Shown: positions 60,698 through 64,000 of the stretch, piece after piece
Layout of the letters: every line of letters begins with the position of its first letter
Numbering within the stretch: position 1 is the first letter of the stretch
Source of the DNA: Octopus sinensis
Taxonomy: Eukaryota
Length of the DNA: 64,000 nucleotides
Assembly: GCF_006345805.1 (NCBI RefSeq)
Contig: NC_042999.1
Coordinates: forward strand, 145,018,001 to 145,082,000
Reading direction: 5' to 3'
The notes under the pieces: model-generated
Database searches by the model: none
The model's input: only the letters and a program-made list of their open reading frames with translations
Told to the model about the DNA's origin: nothing
Translations under genes and position numbers: made by a program

Positions 60698-62874
60698 TTA
60701 ATGATAATGAGTAAATATTGAGGAATGACTATTTATATAGATATTATTATTAATATCTTATAACTCCTTTTTCTAGAAGGTAGGTGCTTTGTGCGCCCTT
60801 ATGATTGATATATATATATATAAATTAGAATAAGTCCTGGGGTCGATTTGCTCGACTAAAGGCGGTGCTCCAGCATGGCCACAGTCAAATGACTGAAACA
60901 AATAAAAGAATATATATATATATATATATTCACACATGCACACACACTCACACATGTATATACCTATATATTTCTTGTTGGCCACTTACTGTGTAGCAGT
61001 ATCCTCAACATTTTACTATTGGTAAACACAATCACTGGAGTTAAAATTGCACAGATAACAGAAGAATATAATAGTATCTTAATTAAACTCTGTTACATAC
61101 ACACATGCATGCACATGTGTGTGTATGTGTGTATATGTGATTGTGTGTTTAAGTTTTTGTGTATATCTTTCAGAAAGAAAACCAATAAAATAGTGCTTTC
61201 AAATAAAAATTCCTTGTGTGATGTTTGTTCTTCTCTTACTGCTCTAAGTGCAGTTAACTAGTCATTGATCCTGTAACAAACAGGACTATTGTTCGAAAAT
61301 TGCACCATAAAGTAATAAATAAATAAGCATTGGCATCATGTTACTTGTTATTTATTTTATTTATATGGAGATTGTGTTTATTACTGTACAGATATCTTTA
61401 TTGTATGTGCAGCCACAATGAAAATATTACATTCCCCTTAATAAGTTATGCTGAATTTTGTCCTTTTGATGGACAACTCAATTAATAAATTTTCTTTAAC
61501 CAAACACTCTGAAACTTTGGATACTGGTAGATTGTGTCGTATAGAACATCCGTTTTGCCAATAGTTAAAGACGGTTAAGACTTTAAAGCTTTTTGGGATG
61601 TTGGAGAATCGCATGCTGTGCTTTGAAAGTAAAGTCAAACTGAGGGTTCATACCTCTATTTCTATTTTAATGGTAGATGGATAAAACTTTTTGGAGATTA
61701 AGTTTCTCAGTCAAGGTTGTGACCACAGCTCCACACTTTTAATGAAATATGAAATTTTTAAGTACTTCCATTGGCGGGTTGACACTCCTCTTGCCTTGAC
61801 CAGCTGTTGTTCTTGAATGGGGTTATGATTGACACTAATCTGTTTTATTTTGCAGCTGTAAATGCAAACAAATAGATATAGATGGGAGAAGTGTCTTATT
61901 TTCTACCCAGTTGTATAGAAATTTAAGATAAGAAACAATTAAGCCATATGAGTCATTGTGGTTTAAAAAGAGATTAATGATTGTATGCAAGAAAGAGAGG
62001 TAGAAAACATAAATAACACACCTGCATAACTGAGTTTTGTCCTCCTCATCATTATCATCTTTGTCCATTATAGTGGATTTAAAAGTCTGTTTTTCCATGC
62101 TAGAATAAGCTAGATGAATCAGCATGCTGAGATCTCATCTTAATCACTCTGTCTTCTGCCAAAGATCCTTTCCATTACCAATACACAATACTTTTTTTAC
62201 TCAGCAATTTCTCCATTTGTATTATATATATATCTATACAATCAATTATATTGAGAAGAATATTTCAGTTCTACTAGGAAAAGCACACTCATGTACTCAC
62301 ACATGCACGTATGCACGCACACACGCGTGCACACACACACACACACACACTTTTACCCTTAAAGGGCATTTTGGCTGAAACTATCTCATTCAATATATTT
62401 TTGTTTCCAATATGGCTGGATATGATTTGAGGGAGATTTAGTTGCTATTTCTAGAAAATTGAGTGACCACATTAAGGTACCACTGTTGGCCACCAATAAC
62501 TGGTCCTCTGGCAGTTATAATGACAAATGTTCCAGTTGGTCTGATCAACAGAACAGCCTGCTCATGAAACTAATGTGCATGTGGCTGAGCACTCCATTGA
62601 TACATATATCCTTAATGTAGTTCTTAGGGAGAGTTAGTGTGGCACAGAATGAATGTGACAAGGTTGGCCTTTTGAATTACAGGTACTACTCATTTTTACC
62701 AGCTGACAGGACTGAAGCATTTGTGAAATAAAGTGTCTTGCTCAAGGACAATGTACCACTGGGAACTGAACTTGTGACCTTCAATTGTGAGCTAAATACT
62801 CTAACCAGTAAACAGTGTGCCTTCACTGTTGGCCACCATTAGTGATTAGTTGGTACTCTTTGGTCTCTATTGAG

Positions 62875-63180
62875 CAGTGGTTCCCAAAGTGGGTGGTATT
62901 TCCCCCTGGGGTGGTGGGAAGTTCCAAGGGGGCTTTGAAGAAAAGTGGAGCAATAATGGGGTAGCGATTTGTTTAGAAGTGGAGTGATAATGGGGCAGCA
63001 ATTCTTGTAAAGACAACAAAATTATAGGTTCATTAGGTGAAGTTTTATTTGTGAAATACAGTTGCTTTGAATCTGCTTCAGAAAGAGGTCTATGTTTGTG
63101 ATAGTTAGTTAGGGTGGGGGTGCTAGGAATTTGACCTGGGTATCAAGGAGGGGCAGCCCGAAAAAGTTTGGGAGCCACTG
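62875..63180. mobile_element. hAT MITE, 306 bp
   Basis: Ends CAGTGGTTCCCAAA and TTTGGGAGCCACTG; perfect 8-bp target duplication CTATTGAG at 62867-62874 and 63181-63188. Confidence 0.95.
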
Positions 63181-63559
63181 CTATTGAGTAACACCTGGAG
63201 CCATGGAAGTAGTTTATTTGAATATGTATAGATACTTCATAGATCTAGCATAGTGGATATGGCAAAGTCACATCCTGCAAGTATTAATGTCATGCTATTA
63301 TATATTTTTTGCTTACTACTGCTGTCATCATCATCATCATTCATAATCATTAAGACTTGTGTCAGTGAGAGAACTCTATATGGTCATTTGACCTACAAGA
63401 AATGACAGCTAAATCTTCCCGAGTCTTAAAGAAGGTCACATGGAATAGTTTTAGATAAATTACAAGAAATACAGATGGACTGGTCATAGTTGGAATGTCT
63501 TTAACCATAAGTCTGTTTATTGGTTGATCAAAACAACAAGAACATTATAATATTGTAAC

Positions 63560-63870
63560 TACTATCACTGTTGCTACTGCCATCTATTCATTTATCAACT
63601 GTAACATCTTCATTATCACCACCACTGCCAGAAGAGGCTATGGCTATATTCACTTTGACTATCATCTTCATCTTCATCAACTTCATCTTTGATAACATCA
63701 GTATCATTGTCATAACCATATTCTTACGATGGCTACTGCTATGAACAACTATCATCATCATCGCCATCATTGTTATCATCAGCATCATTATCATCACTGT
63801 CATTGTCAGAATCACTAAATTGCAATCATCATTGCATAATGATTGTATAACCCTCAATGTCAACAATTGT
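63560..63870. repeat. Degenerate (CAT)n low-complexity tract
   Basis: Decayed atc/cat triplets; accounts for ORF 63588-63866. Confidence 0.8.
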
Positions 63871-64000
63871 CATTATGAATCAACAAAGCATCCCCTACTT
63901 GGTTCATTGATCTGCTAGAAATAGCAGTCCATTTCCCCTCAAATCACCTTCCTGCTATCTTAATGACATAGGGAACAATGCAGTCATTGCAAAGTTCATC

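Noticed and set aside
63588-63866. Met-rich 92-aa ORF
   Set aside because: It is the translation of a decayed (CAT)n tract.

Overview
Eukaryotic, AT-rich, microsatellite-dense DNA. From my recollection of its SINE and RTE repeat families it is most likely a coleoid cephalopod (Octopus); this is an inference, not a database result. I cannot support any host protein-coding gene, only a CpG-retaining promoter-like zone (~12.3-16.8 kb) and a few candidate + strand exons. Nearly all recognisable content is mobile DNA: RTE and CR1-type LINE fragments, three kinds of Penelope-like element (PLE), Tigger, mariner and hAT DNA transposon remnants and MITEs, and tRNA-derived SINEs. The main signal is at the RNA level: seven type I hammerhead ribozyme (HHR) motifs from five unrelated repeat families, all with a palindromic stem III. 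They include (i) a hairpin-rich 354-nt unit present as 1.23 tandem copies, resembling a retrozyme or circular-RNA cDNA (20098-20534, minus); (ii) a PLE whose 3' terminal repeat is a tRNA-derived A/B-box head followed by an HHR and which also occurs alone as a SINE-like unit (5613-6905, 53970-54196); (iii) an uninterrupted GIY-YIG ORF with a long Ser/Asn/Gly-rich linker followed by an HHR (29935-31920); and (iv) two non-canonical cores (CCGAUGA, CUGUAGA). All folds and alignments were done by eye and none of the ribozymes has been tested. Coordinates of degenerate repeats are approximate.
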